Below are positions 1-14,915 of a stretch of DNA of 64,000 bases, one piece after another (position 1 is the first letter of the stretch; every line of letters begins with the position of its first letter). A program made the translations under genes and the position numbers. Under the pieces are notes generated by a model that saw nothing but the letters and a program-made list of their open reading frames with translations, had not been told where the DNA came from and searched no databases. Origin of the DNA: the human T2T-CHM13v2.0 reference genome, Homo sapiens. The stretch is from assembly GCF_009914755.1 (NCBI RefSeq), contig NC_060932.1. One strand, written 5' to 3'.

Positions 1-262
<262 letters not shown>

Positions 263-2396
263 TCTTCCATTTTTAAAAAATTATTTCTTTACATTGTAGA
301 AGAGCTGGTGGTTTTGATTAAGGCATTCATTTATTGAATAGATATTTACTATGGCTCATGAGTGTGTAAAAGCAATCTCAACTGGTTGAGAAGTAAAAAG
401 AAAGAAGAAAGTGGGTACATGAATAATTATTTTATGAACGTTCCCAGATTCTTTCTTTCTCCACAACTTATATGTTTAAGTATAATTTCTCTATCCCACC
501 TTCTCCTATAGAGGCTCTATAGCTTTTTGTACTTAACAATCTCTATTTTAAACTATGCAGTGCTGTGTAAAATAGTGTATAAGATGTTTTAAAGACCACC
601 TTGGGTAACTTTCCTGTAATGTTTGAATCTGAAATATTTCCCCCTAAACCCACAATTTCCCATACAGTCAAGCTGCTACATTGCCTCTCTGAGAGGCAGA
701 AATTACTGTTGATTTGATTTCCTTTGTTTTCTTAAGCAACTATAAAATATTACTGATTTCTTTTTAATCCTACCACTTTTGCTACATCTCCCTCCTCATT
801 TCAAACACGCTAGACAATTTTCCACAATAAGTACTTGCAGAAACATTAACTTGTAAAGAATAGGAAAAAGTTATGTGCTCCAAAATTTAAATCTGAATCC
901 TTACCCTCTTTAAGAGTTTTCTAGCCAAGTTTAAGACAAGACAGCAATAACAAACAAAAATCAAAACAGCCAGGAATCAGTAGCTTGTCTTTTTTTGTGT
1001 GCTTATGTGTCTATTACTTGTAAAGCATCTATTATAAGGTTTTCTTTAAAGTTTCCCTTAAGAACCAAAGGCTGATGTTTTTTGAAAACTTTTCTGTGCA
1101 CTAATAAGTCAATATGAGTAAGGGCAGATCTTGTGTTATGAAAATTTGTCATAGAAGTGACACTTATTTGGGAAAAGATGGATTTGAACTCTTGCTTTCC
1201 ATATGTCAGAGTTACTTAAAATTAGAAGTGAACAAGTAGTTAATGATTAGAGCTTCTTCCCCTGAACCTGGATCATGACACAATTAAGTCAAGGGAATAT
1301 CAAATAGGGATAATTTCTCTCTTCCAGAACAAGTAAAGTATTATAAGGAATTCTGCCACTTCTTTAAATAACTGAGTCCAATGATTGAAGAGCTTGAGTT
1401 TGATTATATCCTTATGACCAGAATTCCAGCTTTGTACCTACTGAAAATGCAACACCTGCTGATATTTTCTGCTTTGGCCGGAAGTTTTTCTCCGGGATTT
1501 TGTCTGTTTTTCAATGTCTGTTCTGGTTTTTAAAATATTCTACTTATACATGCCCAGAGTTAGTTTATGATTTAGGCATATGTTGACATAGCTTTGTTAT
1601 GTTTGGGATACTTTAGGTCCACAAAGCTAAAGCATTCATCCCAGTTTATGTAAGATATATATTATTGAATGAAGGCTTGCACACTTTTGTGAACGAACAA
1701 AAAGGCTACTTTAGAAATTTCTGATATAAACACACATGCACATTCACATAGAGCTCACACACTCCCAACACAACCTAAACTTGAAATACAAACAAAATTC
1801 AGTGTAATAGAAAACTTTGGCCTCATTCATATTAAATGAGATTGAATTGCTTAAATTATAAAGGGCTAAAATATGCTTTTCAAATGAAGTGGTTTTTTTA
1901 ATCTAAGATGTTTTCACTGGGTTTTACATACCTGAAAATATTTTCATATTGAGATAAATCACAGTACTTGACTAAATAATGAATTGAATATTGTGGGCAC
2001 GATAGTTTATAAAGAATTTTAGACTTTAGATAATACCCAGGTGGATGGTTACAATTATGAAAAATAGCCGGGGAAATTCATCTGTCCTTACATTGTATAA
2101 AGCTTTCTTTATAATTCTGTGGGTATGTTTGAAGAGAACCATGAATGACTTGTGGTTAATAGAGAATACTTTAGATTAAAGCTCACATTCTAAGGCAGTC
2201 ACAGACCTCATGGTTACCATTTCAGCATAATCTTTATGAGCACTGTAGAAACTTTCCACCCCATGAACTTCTGCCATTTCCATTATACAAATTCTAACCC
2301 TGACCCTTTTGTCCTTCCTATTGCCCCAGATGTGTTAACTCCCAGCTGCTGAGCATGGGGAGAAAAGTCAAGAAAATCTGTTTTCTTTTCACTTCT

Positions 2397-2695
2397 GTTT
2401 ATTTATTTATTTTGGAGACAGGGTCTCACTCTGCCACCCAGGGTGTAGTGCACTGATGCAATTATAGCTCACTGCAGCCTCGATTTCCCAGGCTCAAGTA
2501 ACCCTCTTTTCTCAGCCTCCAAGTAGCTGGGAGTAGAAGAACATACCACCAGGCTGAGTTAATTTTTTAAATTTTTTGTAGAGATAAGGTTTCACTATGT
2601 TACCCAGACTGGTCTCAAATTCCTGGGCTCAAGTGATCCTCCCGCCTTTGTTTCTCAAAGTTCTGGGATTACAGGTGTGAGCCACCCCACTTGGC
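2397..2695 (-). mobile_element. AluJ
   Basis: T-rich tail, then gagacagggtctcactctg, atagctcactgcagcctcg and ggctcaagtgatcctccc (J-type motifs). Confidence 0.9.
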
Positions 2696-3067
2696 TTAGG
2701 ACATTTGTTTTCTGTTGTCTCCTAAATTATCTATCCAAACTCAACTAGACTACCTAGATAACTTTTGCCATTTTCTAACTCCTTCTTTAATATCCCTTAG
2801 CAGATGATTCCAAATTTCTTTTGTGGAGTTCACTGCTACCTCCAGATCTCTAACTTTCAAGGAGTGATTTTTATCTTCACCATGTAGAGAAATTCCAGTT
2901 CATCTAGCATTAATTCCTAATCTCATTTACCCTTCATCTGAAAACAAATGTTTCTCATGATCTTAGCATTCCCTTGTGTGTTACCCTATTCTCTTTTCCT
3001 TTCTGTCTTGGAGGATGTGTATTATTGGCACTGCAGTCTTTTGCATCTCGCAAAACTTTCTTCTTTT

Positions 3068-3183
3068 TCTTGCAGCTTTATTGAGGCATAGTTGACAAAT
3101 TAAAAGTGGATATATTTATCATGTACGACATGGTGTTCTTCTGATATGTGTGTATACACACACACACATATATATATATATGT

Positions 3184-3218
<35 letters not shown>

Positions 3219-5806
3219 TGTTTAGCACAATCAAGCTAATTAACATACCTATTGCTTCACATAGTTATTTTTGTGTGCGTATGTTTGGTGAGAACATGTA
3301 AGACCCACTCTCTTAGCAAATATCAAGTATAGAATACAGTCTTATTAACTATAGTCACTATGCTGTACTTTAAATGAACATATTCACCCTGCCTAACTGA
3401 AACTTTATACCCTTTGACCAACATCTCTCCATCACCCCCAGCTCTCAGTCCCTGGCAGACACTATTCTACTCTCTACTTCCATGAGTTGGACTATATTAG
3501 ATCCCACATATAGACGGGATTATGCATTGTTTGTCTTTCTGTGCCTAGCTTATTTCATTTAGCATAATTCTTTCCAGGTTTATCCATGTTGCTGCAAACA
3601 ACTTGATTTCCTTCTTTTTTAAAGGCTGAGTAATATTCCATTGTGTATATGTGTGTGTGTGTATGTGCATGTGTGACATTTTCATTACTCATTTATTCAT
3701 CAATGGGCATTTAGATTGATCCCATGTCTTGGTTATTGTGAATAATGCTGCAATTAACATGGGCATACGGATATCTCTTCAAGGTATTGATCACATTTTC
3801 TTCACATATATACTCAGAAATGGGATTGCTGAATCATATGGTAGTTCTATTTTCACTTTTTGAGGAACCTACATAATGTTTTCCATAATGGCTGTACTAA
3901 TTTACATTCCCACTAACAGCGTAGAAGGGCTTCCTTTTCTTGACATTCTTTCAACTCTTATCTTTTGTCTTCCTGATAATAGCCATTGTAAAAGAAATGA
4001 AGTTATATCTCCTTGTGGTTCAATTTGCATTTTCCTGATGACTGGTGGTGCTGAATATCTTTTCACCTACCAATTGGCATTTGTATGTTTTCTTTGAAGA
4101 AATACCTATTCAGATCCTTTATCCATTTTTTCAATCAGAAATATATTTTCTTGCTATTGAGTTGTTTTAGTTACCAATATATTTTGAATATGAATCCCTT
4201 ATCAGATTACGGTTTGCAAATGTTTCCACCCATTCCATAGGTTGTCTCTTTACTTTTGTTTCCTTTGCTATGCAGAAGTATTTAGTGTGATGCAATCCCC
4301 TTTGTATATTTTTGCTTTCATTGCCTGCGGTTTTGGGGTCATATCAAAAGAAATCATAGCCCAGACCAATGTCAAGAATATTTTCTCTATATTTTCTTCT
4401 AGTATTTTTACAGTTTCAGGCCTTACTTTTAAGTCTGTAATACAGTTTAAGTTTATTTTAGTATATAATATATGATAGCGATTCAGTTTCATTCTTCTGC
4501 ATATGAATACCCAGTTTTTCCAACAGCATTTACTGAAGAGACTGCTTTTCCCCATTGTGTATTCTTGGCACCCTTATCAAAGATCAATTGACTATTAATG
4601 CATGGATTTATTTCTGGACTCCGCTATTCTTTTCCATTAGCCTGTGTGCCTGCTTTTATGCTAGTACCATGTTGTCATGATTACTAGTTTTGGAGTATAT
4701 TTTGAAAACAATTAGTGTGATAACTTATGCTTTATTATTTTTGCTCAAGATTGCTTTGGTTATTCAGAGCCTTTCATGGTTCTATATAAATGTTAGAATT
4801 GTTTTTTCTATTTTTGTGGAAAATGCCATTGGAACTTTTAGTAGGGATTATACTGAATCTATAAATTGCTTTGGGTAGTATGGACATTTTCACAATATTA
4901 ATTATTCCAATCAATTAACCTGGGATATCTCTCCATTTATTTGCATCATATACAATTTCTTTTATAGGTGTGTTACAATTTTTAGTATTTAGATCTTTCA
5001 ATTCTTTGGTTAAACATATTCCTAAGAATTTTATTGTTTTTGATGCTATTGTAAATAATATTGTTATCTTAATTTGGGGGGTAGTTTTTTGTTATTTTAT
5101 AGAAATACGACAATCTTATGTTAATTTTGTATACTGCAATTTTACTGAATTCATTTATTAGTTCTAACAGCTTTTTGGTGGAGTCTTTAGGGTTTTCTAT
5201 ATATAAGATCATGTCCTTTGCAAACAGAGACAATTTTACTACTTCCTTTTCAGTTTGGTGCCTTCTATTTCTTTCTCTTGATTAATTGCTCTGTAGAGAT
5301 GATTATATAATTTTTTTCTTCATTTTGTTCATATAATATATCACATTTATTGGTTCGTGTGTGTTGAACTATCCTTGCATCCCAAGAATAAATTCCACTT
5401 GAACATAATGTACTTTTAATGTGCTGTTAAATTTAGTTTGCTAGTATTTTCTCGAGGGTTTTTTTATCAATGTTCTTCAGGGATATTGGCGTGTAATTTT
5501 TTTTTCCTTACGGAGTCATCGAATGTCTTTGGTATCAGAGTAATTCTGGCTTAATAAAATGAATTTTGAAGTATTACCCGCCCCCCATTCAACGATTGGT
5601 GTTAATTCTTCAAATATTTGGTAGAACTCATCAGTGAAGCCATGAAGTCCCTGGCTTTTCGTTGATGAAAGACATCTTATTTAGTCTCCTTACCTGTTTT
5701 TGGTCTGTTCAGATTTTCTTTTTCTCTATGATTCAGTCATGGTAGGTTATGTATTTTTAGGAATTTATCCATTTTTTCTAGTTTATCTAATTTGTTGGTG
5801 TATAAT
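3068..5806 (-). mobile_element. L1M (L1MA-type) LINE, 5'-truncated, with internal deletion
   Basis: Antisense L1 3' UTR followed by ORF2. ORF 4268..4555(-) GKSSLFSKCCWKNW...LKVRPETVKILEEN matches the L1 ORF2p C-terminal region. Confidence 0.92.
3156..3216. repeat. compound (CA)n(TA)n(GA)n microsatellite inside L1 3' end
   Basis: Seen directly in sequence. Confidence 0.95.
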
Positions 5807-6599
5807 TAAGAACTCACTTCTTAATATTTCTTCTTAATATTTTTTCCTGGGTTTTCATTCCCTTTTTCCCTTCTGTTTTTTCACTTTGTTCAATTTTCAC
5901 TTTAAGAAATAATAATTTTTAAAAAGCTAACAAAAATCATCCTAGCATATAATAGCAAGAATTTAAATCAGGAATCTGCCCTCTTCCTGCAGGAAACATT
6001 AGAAATAAATAATGAGGTGGGCGTAGGTGCTTTCAAAAAGGCACAAACACTCCATTTAAAGTGGAACAAGAAAACAGAGAGCTGCCGGGCATGGGGCAGA
6101 GCTGTAAGGGCACTGGCCAGAGCAGCAGTGAGCAGTAGGCAAAACACTAAGGGATCTCAGTGTGGGAGATCCCAGGAAGCACCAACAAAAATGTATTTCC
6201 TGATGACAGAGGACAATCCTAAGGTACAAAAACCAGAATGGGAGCTACTGAGAACAGAACTGAGATTATCCAGAAACCTCAGTGAACAGAGATGCCAAGA
6301 AAAGTGACAAGAGGGGCTGGGGAGCACAGCTGATGTGAAAAAGTGTTTTGTGAAATATCCGTGAAATAAGTTTCATAGAAATAGCCACCATGAGACCAGA
6401 ACTGGTGGCAGAAACCCTCCTGGGCCAAGTTAATTTTGGAAAAAGGAGGAGGCCTGTTGAGAAGCCATGTGGAGAAACACACAGAAGTGTCATACTTTCA
6501 GTGAATAGTCTATTTCTCTGGCAGCAGAAGATAGAATCCTTGAAGCTGTAAGTCCTTTTCCATGCCCCATACATCACCCATCCCACCTACCATGGAAAA

Positions 6600-7800
6600 C
6601 TCCTGCAAATAGCTGCAAATATATTTAACTTTGAATCATAAAAGAACAGTGGCACTGAGTCCACACAAAAGTACCATTAAAATGTGTACAAAAGCAATAA
6701 AACTTTCCAACAGGAGGAAAGAAGCAGAAAAATATTGCCAAGTTGTTGCTGAAGATTTCGCCAAAGATTGCACCATTAAAATGAGTTATGAAGCAATCAC
6801 TGCGAGAAAGAAGACCACAAAGCAGAAAAATAAGAGCTCAGAGGGAAAATGGTGGCACAATACAGAAATGTGAGACATGAGCTGACCAAACTCAGGAAAA
6901 GAGAAGGAAGGTGAAAGGATTGCAGAAATTAAGATTATTGGAAAGAATACTAGGAGAATAGATGCTGTGGCTACCAGTAGCCACATGAAGAACAAAGTTG
7001 ATAGAAACGAGAAATAAATAACTAAAATATAAATAAAGGAAATATAAATAAAGGACTAGAAAGATATAGAGGAAAGAGAAAGGAGTAATCAGTAATCAAT
7101 ATATTCATACTTGGATTTCTTTTTTCTCTGTTTTTTTTTTTTTTTTTTTTTTTTTTTTGAGCTTGGGTCTCGCTATGTTGCTCAGGCTGGAGCACAGTGA
7201 TTATTCACAGATGCCATCATAGAACACTACATCCTTGAACTCCTGGACTCAAGCAAACTTCATGCCTGATCCTCCTGAGTAGCTGGGGCTACAGGTGTGC
7301 ACCACCACACATGGCTCATATTTGGATTTCTTAAAAGCCCACAACAAAGACAGATATTTTAAAATATAATTCAAGAATTTTTTTTCTGAAAATAGAGAAA
7401 CTTTGAGCCTACATTTTGTCCCAGGGGAAGCTGACTGGAGCAGTCAACTTCATGATGCATTCTAGTAAAGTTGTTGGATGTTAAATATAATGGAAGACTC
7501 TCCAGATATGGGATAAAAAAATTAAGTCACTTCTATGAAAACAAAATTCCATATGATGTCTGATAACATCAGACTCCTGCCTCTACCACAATATCCAGTG
7601 CCAGAAGACAGTGAAGCAGCACCTAAGAAATACTATAGGTAAAAAGAATCTGAGTCAAGGATTTTCTATCTAGCCAAGCTATCCTTTAGGCATATAACAT
7701 AAAAATCCATTTATTAAAACTACAGAGAAATAGTTTAAAATGGTAAAATGCAGAGAAAACTTATTCTCTACTTGAAGAAGGGGTTATCAGAATTCTGCCC
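6600..7800 (+). mobile_element. ancient L1 ORF1-region remnant (L1ME/HAL1-like)
   Basis: A-rich. gccagaagacagtgaagcagc...gtcaaggattttctatctagccaagctatcc resembles the ORF1 C-terminal motif. Highly decayed, boundaries approximate. Confidence 0.6.
7121..7315 (-). mobile_element. FAM (fossil Alu monomer)
   Basis: Single monomer retaining the FAM-type segment (tattcacag, reverse complement CTGTGAATA). TSD catacttggatttct (7106-7120) / catatttggatttct (7317-7331). Confidence 0.85.
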
Positions 7801-8025
7801 AACTAAGAAATATCTGGGGAAAGTTTGGCAAAAAACATAAAAATGATGGTGAGCAATGGATATATCTTGCTACACCTAAAATTTAAAAAAAAAAAAAAAG
7901 TGGGGATAAGGGCATCAGAAGAATATGGAAATACAAGGTGGCTTGATGACACGGAAATAAAACAACTAACAAAATGAAGAGTGGGAGAAGACATAGGAGG
8001 CTACATGTAAAGTAAATATGCTTAT

Positions 8026-8376
8026 CGATATGGTTTGGCTGTGTCCCCACCCAAATCTCACCTTGAATTGTAATAATCCTCATGTGTCAAGGGCAGGGCC
8101 AGGTGAAGATAATTGAATCATGGAGGTGATTTTCCCCATACTGTTCTTGTGGTAGCGAATAAGCTTCATGAGATTGTTTGATAAACGAGAGTTCCCCTGC
8201 ACCAACCCTCTTGCCTGCCACCATGTAAGACGTGACTTTGCTCTTCACTGGCCTTCAGCCATGATTGTGAGGCCTCCCTAGCCATGTGGAACTGTAAGTC
8301 AATTAAAACTCTTTCCTTTATAAATTACCCAGTCTTGGATATGTCTTTATTAGCAGCATGAGAGCAGACTAATATA
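8026..8376 (+). mobile_element. THE1-family MaLR solo LTR
   Basis: gatatggtttggctgtgtccccacccaaatctc ... cagactaatata, with perfect 5-bp TSD cttat (8021-8025 / 8377-8381). Confidence 0.93.
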
Positions 8377-9293
8377 CTTATGTTTCCTCTTAAGTAGCTA
8401 GAAGCCAAAAGAGCAGTTAAAGCTAGCAAATCAAATCACGTAGAAATATAAGCATATTTAAGAGTGCAATGATAACCCCTAAGGAAAAATACCATTGAGT
8501 ACATTTAAGAGGGAGGTATACTGGGTTGACAGGGAAATGGATAAAGAATGTAAGAAGATATAAATTAATTTTTGAATGCTCATTGTGGGAAACGAATAGA
8601 TACAAGTATGATTATTGTGGAAATCACCAGAAAATGTAAACTTAAAAATATCAGGCATAAACAATTCTTCTAAAGTAAATAGTAAGCATAGTGGATGGTA
8701 TATATTCATATTTCCTTATATTTGCATAAAGAAAAGCCAGGAAAGGTATACAAAAAATTGATATACACGGTTTCCTGTTGGAAGCCAACAGGCAAAAACC
8801 AGAGGAAATAGGGCTTGCCTTAAAGTATAACATTCCACTTTTATCTTTTTTTTCAAAATGAAAATATTGCCCATAAAAATTTACTTTTATTGTTTAAAAT
8901 TTTAAAAAACAAAATTTTAATTTTTAAAACTAAAATAATTTCCATTCCAGTTACAAAAAATTTACCAGAGAACTGTCCTTTTATCTTGTATCTTCACATT
9001 ACCATGCTACTTCTGTTCCACATACACTTAGACTTCTTAAAAGAGTAATAAATATTATTTTAATAAAAGCTTGAGTAAATTACATCAGATTTCTTCACTT
9101 CTTCACCGTCTTCTACTTATCACAGAAATATTTGCAATTGATTTCCCAAGGTCATCAGTGATCTCATGTGGAAAAAGCTATAAAAATTATCATCATTAAT
9201 ATATCCACTTTTACTTAACAGCCATGTGTAATGCTGCAGCTAAAGAAAGTATTGGTAAATTGACTAAATTTGGACAATATTAGGGAAGCTTGA

Positions 9294-9664
9294 CACATTT
9301 TGTTCTGCATAACAACATTTTGGTCAAAGACTGATCACATATACGATGATGGGTCCATAAAATTATAATGGACCTGAAAAGTTCCTATCACTTAGTGACG
9401 TCATAGCCATCAAAGCACAACCTTTCCTATGTTTAGATATGTCTAGAAATACAAATGCTTACCATTGTGTTCCCAGAGCCTAGAGTGTTCATTTAATACA
9501 GTAACATGTTGAACAGATTTGTAGCCTAGGAGCAATAGCCTAATCCATGTAGCCTGGGTGTGCAGTAGACCATACCATCTAGATTAGTAGAAGTACACTC
9601 TGTGATGTTCATACAATGACACATTTCTCAGAACATATCCCTGTCGTTAACTGATGCATGACTG
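9294..9664 (+). mobile_element. Tigger3a/MER7-type non-autonomous DNA transposon
   Basis: tgtagcctaggagcaatag core, 3' TIR ctgtcgttaactgatgcatgactg followed by TA. Confidence 0.85.
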
Positions 9665-10888
9665 TATTAAAGGAAGCCAGAAATAAATCTTTTTTAGTGA
9701 GTAGTATTTGCCTCCTAATTTTTTTGTTTCTTATGTTTAAATTTTTGGTAGCCTGTTAAAGTAATGTTGAATTAAATGATTTTGATTTTTGAAATGGTAT
9801 TTTAACAACAAAATTACTTTTTTATTCTATTATTTTTAAAAGGCTTATGTATGTAATTAGGTGTGTGTTTTCCAAGGCTTCATAAAGTATCCATGCTTCA
9901 ATTCAAGTGTGGCAATTTACACATTACAATTCAGCCACCCCAATTAAATACCGCAGAGTGTCCATTCATGGAAGCTGCTTAAACCTCCATCCAAGGTTCT
10001 CTTCTTATGTCCTCGCCATTCAAAAACCCACCAGTTTTTAAAATGTTTATTGATGAATCAAGTAAAGTTCATTGGCATGTACTAGCTTCCTCTGGTTAAA
10101 GCCAACTTCATTTCCCAGGCTGTGTGATAAAAAAGAATATGAAATTGTATTTTGTTTGAGGTCATAAGAGAGCACTAATTTTCATGACAGAATTGAAACT
10201 TTGTGTGTTTCAAAAATAAAAAAGTACATATATAACCTGGAAAATGGCCTTTGTTTTCCTTTCACTGCCAGATCTTATTTCATTATGTTAATTCCAGAGC
10301 ACAGGCAAAAGAAAACTGACTTAAATTGAACAGTAATCTATAGTAAAATTGACTAATCCAGTTACACTTATTCCAGACTCTGCTAAATGCAAAAAGTAGT
10401 ACCTTAAATTGAAAATAACAAAAGAACAAAGTGTATTTCTAAAGTGCTAATACATTGGGAAGCCAAGGTCTTCTTGCATGAAGTGTGCATGTAGCACAAG
10501 GGATGTGCCTGCAAATGGAAATTTTGTAGCCTATTCTTATAACAACTTGTATGAAATGCTATCAGAATTCAGAAGAGTAATCTTTAACTCAGGCACATCA
10601 AAGAATCATTTTTATCTGGCAAAACCATCGACAAACAAAGAACAGCAAGTAAATAGCAATTAAGAATTTCATTAGAAAAGGCATGAGAAAGCACAAACAT
10701 CCACTGTGCTGTGTTGAACTTCAGGTTTCTCTTATCAGATACCGCACATCCATATATTCCTGACTCTTACCCTACAGTAGCTTCTGGCATGACAGGTTGT
10801 CTTCCTAGGTATTGTACTAAATATCAATGAGAAAAACATTCTCAAAAGTACTATCACCTATCTAAGGAGGAAGGAAATACAAATACAG

Positions 10889-10893
10889 ATGTG

Positions 10894-10938
<45 letters not shown>

Positions 10939-10950
10939 TTCACACACACA
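10889..10950. repeat. (TA)n/(CA)n microsatellite
   Basis: Seen directly in sequence. Confidence 0.95.
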
Positions 10951-11857
10951 TATCTGTTCATACATACATTTTTATGTATCTGCTTATGTTGGTAAGGTTG
11001 CCTAGATCAGAATAAAGTAAAATGAAAAACATTTTAACCTAAAATTATTTGAATATATCTTGTTTTATAAATCAGATTTTTAAATCATATACATATATAA
11101 TTATAAAACAAAATTAAATTTTTAAAAATGTTCCTAGAAATAAAAAAAGAATTAAATAAATAGTGATAATTGTATAATTCAATTTTTAACATAATCCCCA
11201 GACGGTAAATATTTCAAGGGACTTTAATACCTATTAAGTAGGCTGCACATCCATAGCAGAATAGATCCTAAGGGGAACAAAAAACTGTAAAACAAAAAAC
11301 TGTAGCTGAGCTCACTAATCATACCATTGTTGGTAATGTATTATTATTATGAGGCTGTTGTGTGTATAGTGTGAAACAAAGCAAATGAGGAATTGCATTG
11401 GTGTTACTTAGAACTAAGATTTGGGGCATGAAATAAAATAAATACTGACGTAAGATCTATGATGTTAAGTAATATCTTTGTAGTCCTGATTTCTAATGGG
11501 AAGTGTCAGTATAAATTCATAATTCATTTTATTTTTTAAAAATGTATATCTTCTGGCTCTGTCGGAAAGGCCTAATGATCGAGAAAGGCCCAATGACAAT
11601 GAGTGACCAAGTAGTAGAAAACTTCCCCAGTGCCCAGTTTAGTCTTGACATGCCATCATGAACAGAAAAAGAACGAGTTCCTTGAGAAAGTAGTTGTTAC
11701 CAGTCTAGAAAATATCTTGGACGATTTCCAAAATAATCAAAGAAAGGGTATCTAGGAAAGTGGGTGGGGTCATAAGGAAACAAGACGAGCATTTCTATAC
11801 CAGAAAATAAGGAAACACTCTGAGATGACTACCCTGTGTCAAAAGAACCTGGGCGCT

Positions 11858-12137
11858 GGCCGGGCTAGATGGCTCACGCCTGTAATCCTAGCACTTTGGG
11901 AGGCCGAGGCAGGTGGATTACTTGAGGTCAGGAGTTCAAGACGAGCCTGGTCAATATGGCAAAACCCCATCTCTACTAAAAATACAAAAATTAGCCAGGT
12001 GTGGTGGCATGCACCTGGAGAATCACTTGAATCCAGGAAGTGGAGGTTGCAGTGATCTGAGATCACACAGCTGCACTCCAGCCTGGGGAACAGAGTGAGC
12101 CTCTGTCTAAAAAAAATAAAAAATAAAAAAAAAAAAA
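11858..12137 (+). mobile_element. AluS with ~30-bp right-arm deletion
   Basis: Alu dimer with junction gcacctg|gagaatcac, A tail, and TSD aagaacctgggc / aagaacttgggc. Confidence 0.93.
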
Positions 12138-13009
12138 GAACTTGGGCATCAACTTGAACAGGTACTCGGTTACTCAGTTCAGATACTCAAAATAGGTTGA
12201 AAATGAGACAATGTGAGCACAAATAAGGACAAGAACTGTGTGCACTGAAAAATATTAAACTATTTAAATCTAGGAGTTCGTGATACACACACACAAAATC
12301 AGTCATCACCTTTGGAATATATTAAGACTAACTCATTATTTTGAAATAATAATTTCATTTTATTTCATTATTATTCAAATTTCAAATATTTCATTATTTT
12401 GAAATAATAACTCATTTATCTTGAAATAAAAGAAAATAACCAAGCATTTAACCTCTAAGAACTATACCTTGGAGCAACCAGATATTTCATGAAGGCAAGT
12501 TTCTCTTTACAGAAGTATTCACACTAACAATGGAAAAAAAGAATGATAGAATTAGTCTATTACCCTTCTGTAACCGCTAATGAATTAATGCATCTGCTCA
12601 GTGATTTTCAGTCACAACTACTATCACAATGAGAAAAAGGAAACTGGAAATTATATGTGTCCTATTGGAAGAACATACCACTACCTACAAAATCATCTGG
12701 CAAGAAAAAAATTAAACTCAAATATGATAATTACCAATGTGCATGAAACACAGAAACCAACAAAACATGTTAAACAACATTATGGAGAGGAACTCCACTA
12801 TACAGTCTGACAAATTCTATTGAAAAAAAAAAGACTAGATTCTATAACAATAACCAAAAAATGCAAGAAAAAAGGAGAATGGTAGGTAAATCTATAGAAG
12901 ACACTTAAGAGACTTACTAATCAGCACAATTCCAGTTCATGGACCTTCTTTGGACCCCAATTCAATAAACAAAGAGTGAAAATAATATAGGCTATGGGAA
13001 AAATGAGTG

Positions 13010-13455
13010 ATGTGTCAGATGCTGACTGTGCCTCCTGAAAATTCCTTAGCCTATACCAGAGGTCAGAGGCAAACAGTTCTTGGGCCTGACAGGGTCTCCT
13101 GAGTCTTTCTGTCTGAGGGCATTTTCTGGCCCTAGGAACAGAGTAGAAGACCCAGTGAGGTAGCTCTCAACCTCACTGCAACCTGTGAGGTGCAGCAATC
13201 AGAGGAGATTTCCAGTTTCCTTGAACTTCTAATATGTGTTCTATACAATGTCTCCAGTGATCTCCAGTGGAATTCAGTCCCACTTCTGCCCAACAGAACC
13301 TCTTCCTTTGCACACCTCTTTGTTGACTTTCATTTCTCCACTGGCTCACTTTCTTCCACTCTTAAGTGCTTCTTTGTATCACCTCCCAAGGTAAGGTATA
13401 ACGACATTCAAACCTTCATTGTAGATAGAGTCTGCTTTTATGGGGATACAGGGGT
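13010..13455 (+). mobile_element. LTR16-like ERVL solo LTR
   Basis: ctccagtggaattcagtccc ... atcacctcccaa ... gagtctgcttttatgggga resembles the LTR16 3' part. Confidence 0.6.
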
Positions 13456-14017
13456 AAAACACTGGGAATTTTATAATAATGAACTTGCATTTTCTGGAGT
13501 GTGATCATGATGTTGATGTTATGTTGGAAAAGGGGCTCCTTTGAGAAATGATTTCTAAAACATTTACAGATAAAATTTAAGATATGTGAAATTTATTTCA
13601 ATGAAATTTATTACAGGGTTGCTAAAAAAGTAGGTGGAGTTATAGAGGTGCAAGATTAGCACTAATTTGACAATTGGTGAAGTTATGTGGTAGGTACATG
13701 GATGTTCATTATACCATTATCTCTACTTTTATGTATGTTAATATTGTCAGTAAGAAAAATGTTTTACAAAATGAAGTCCACAATGGTAGTACCTCTGGAA
13801 GGATGCCAAGATATTAGTAATACTGGTTGCTTCATACTATGGGAACGAGAAGGTCAAAAGACATGGTGGAAGGGAAATTTGTACTGTACAATTTTTTAAA
13901 ATCTTTTCAACTTTAACTAAGAGAAAGTGTTACATTTTTAAAAAATAGAAAAGTATTTATGTAATAATGATAATAAATTTACAGGGTTTGGAAGGGAACA
14001 TGAAAAGCAGTAGAACT

Positions 14018-14915
<898 letters not shown>

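Larger units (their letters stand above)
11000..13770 (+). mobile_element. L1MC-type LINE 3' region, interrupted by an Alu and an LTR
   Basis: ggctctgtcggaaaggcct...gttccttgagaaagtagttg and terminal ggtacatggatgttcattataccattatctctac match the L1MC 3' UTR pattern. Confidence 0.65.
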
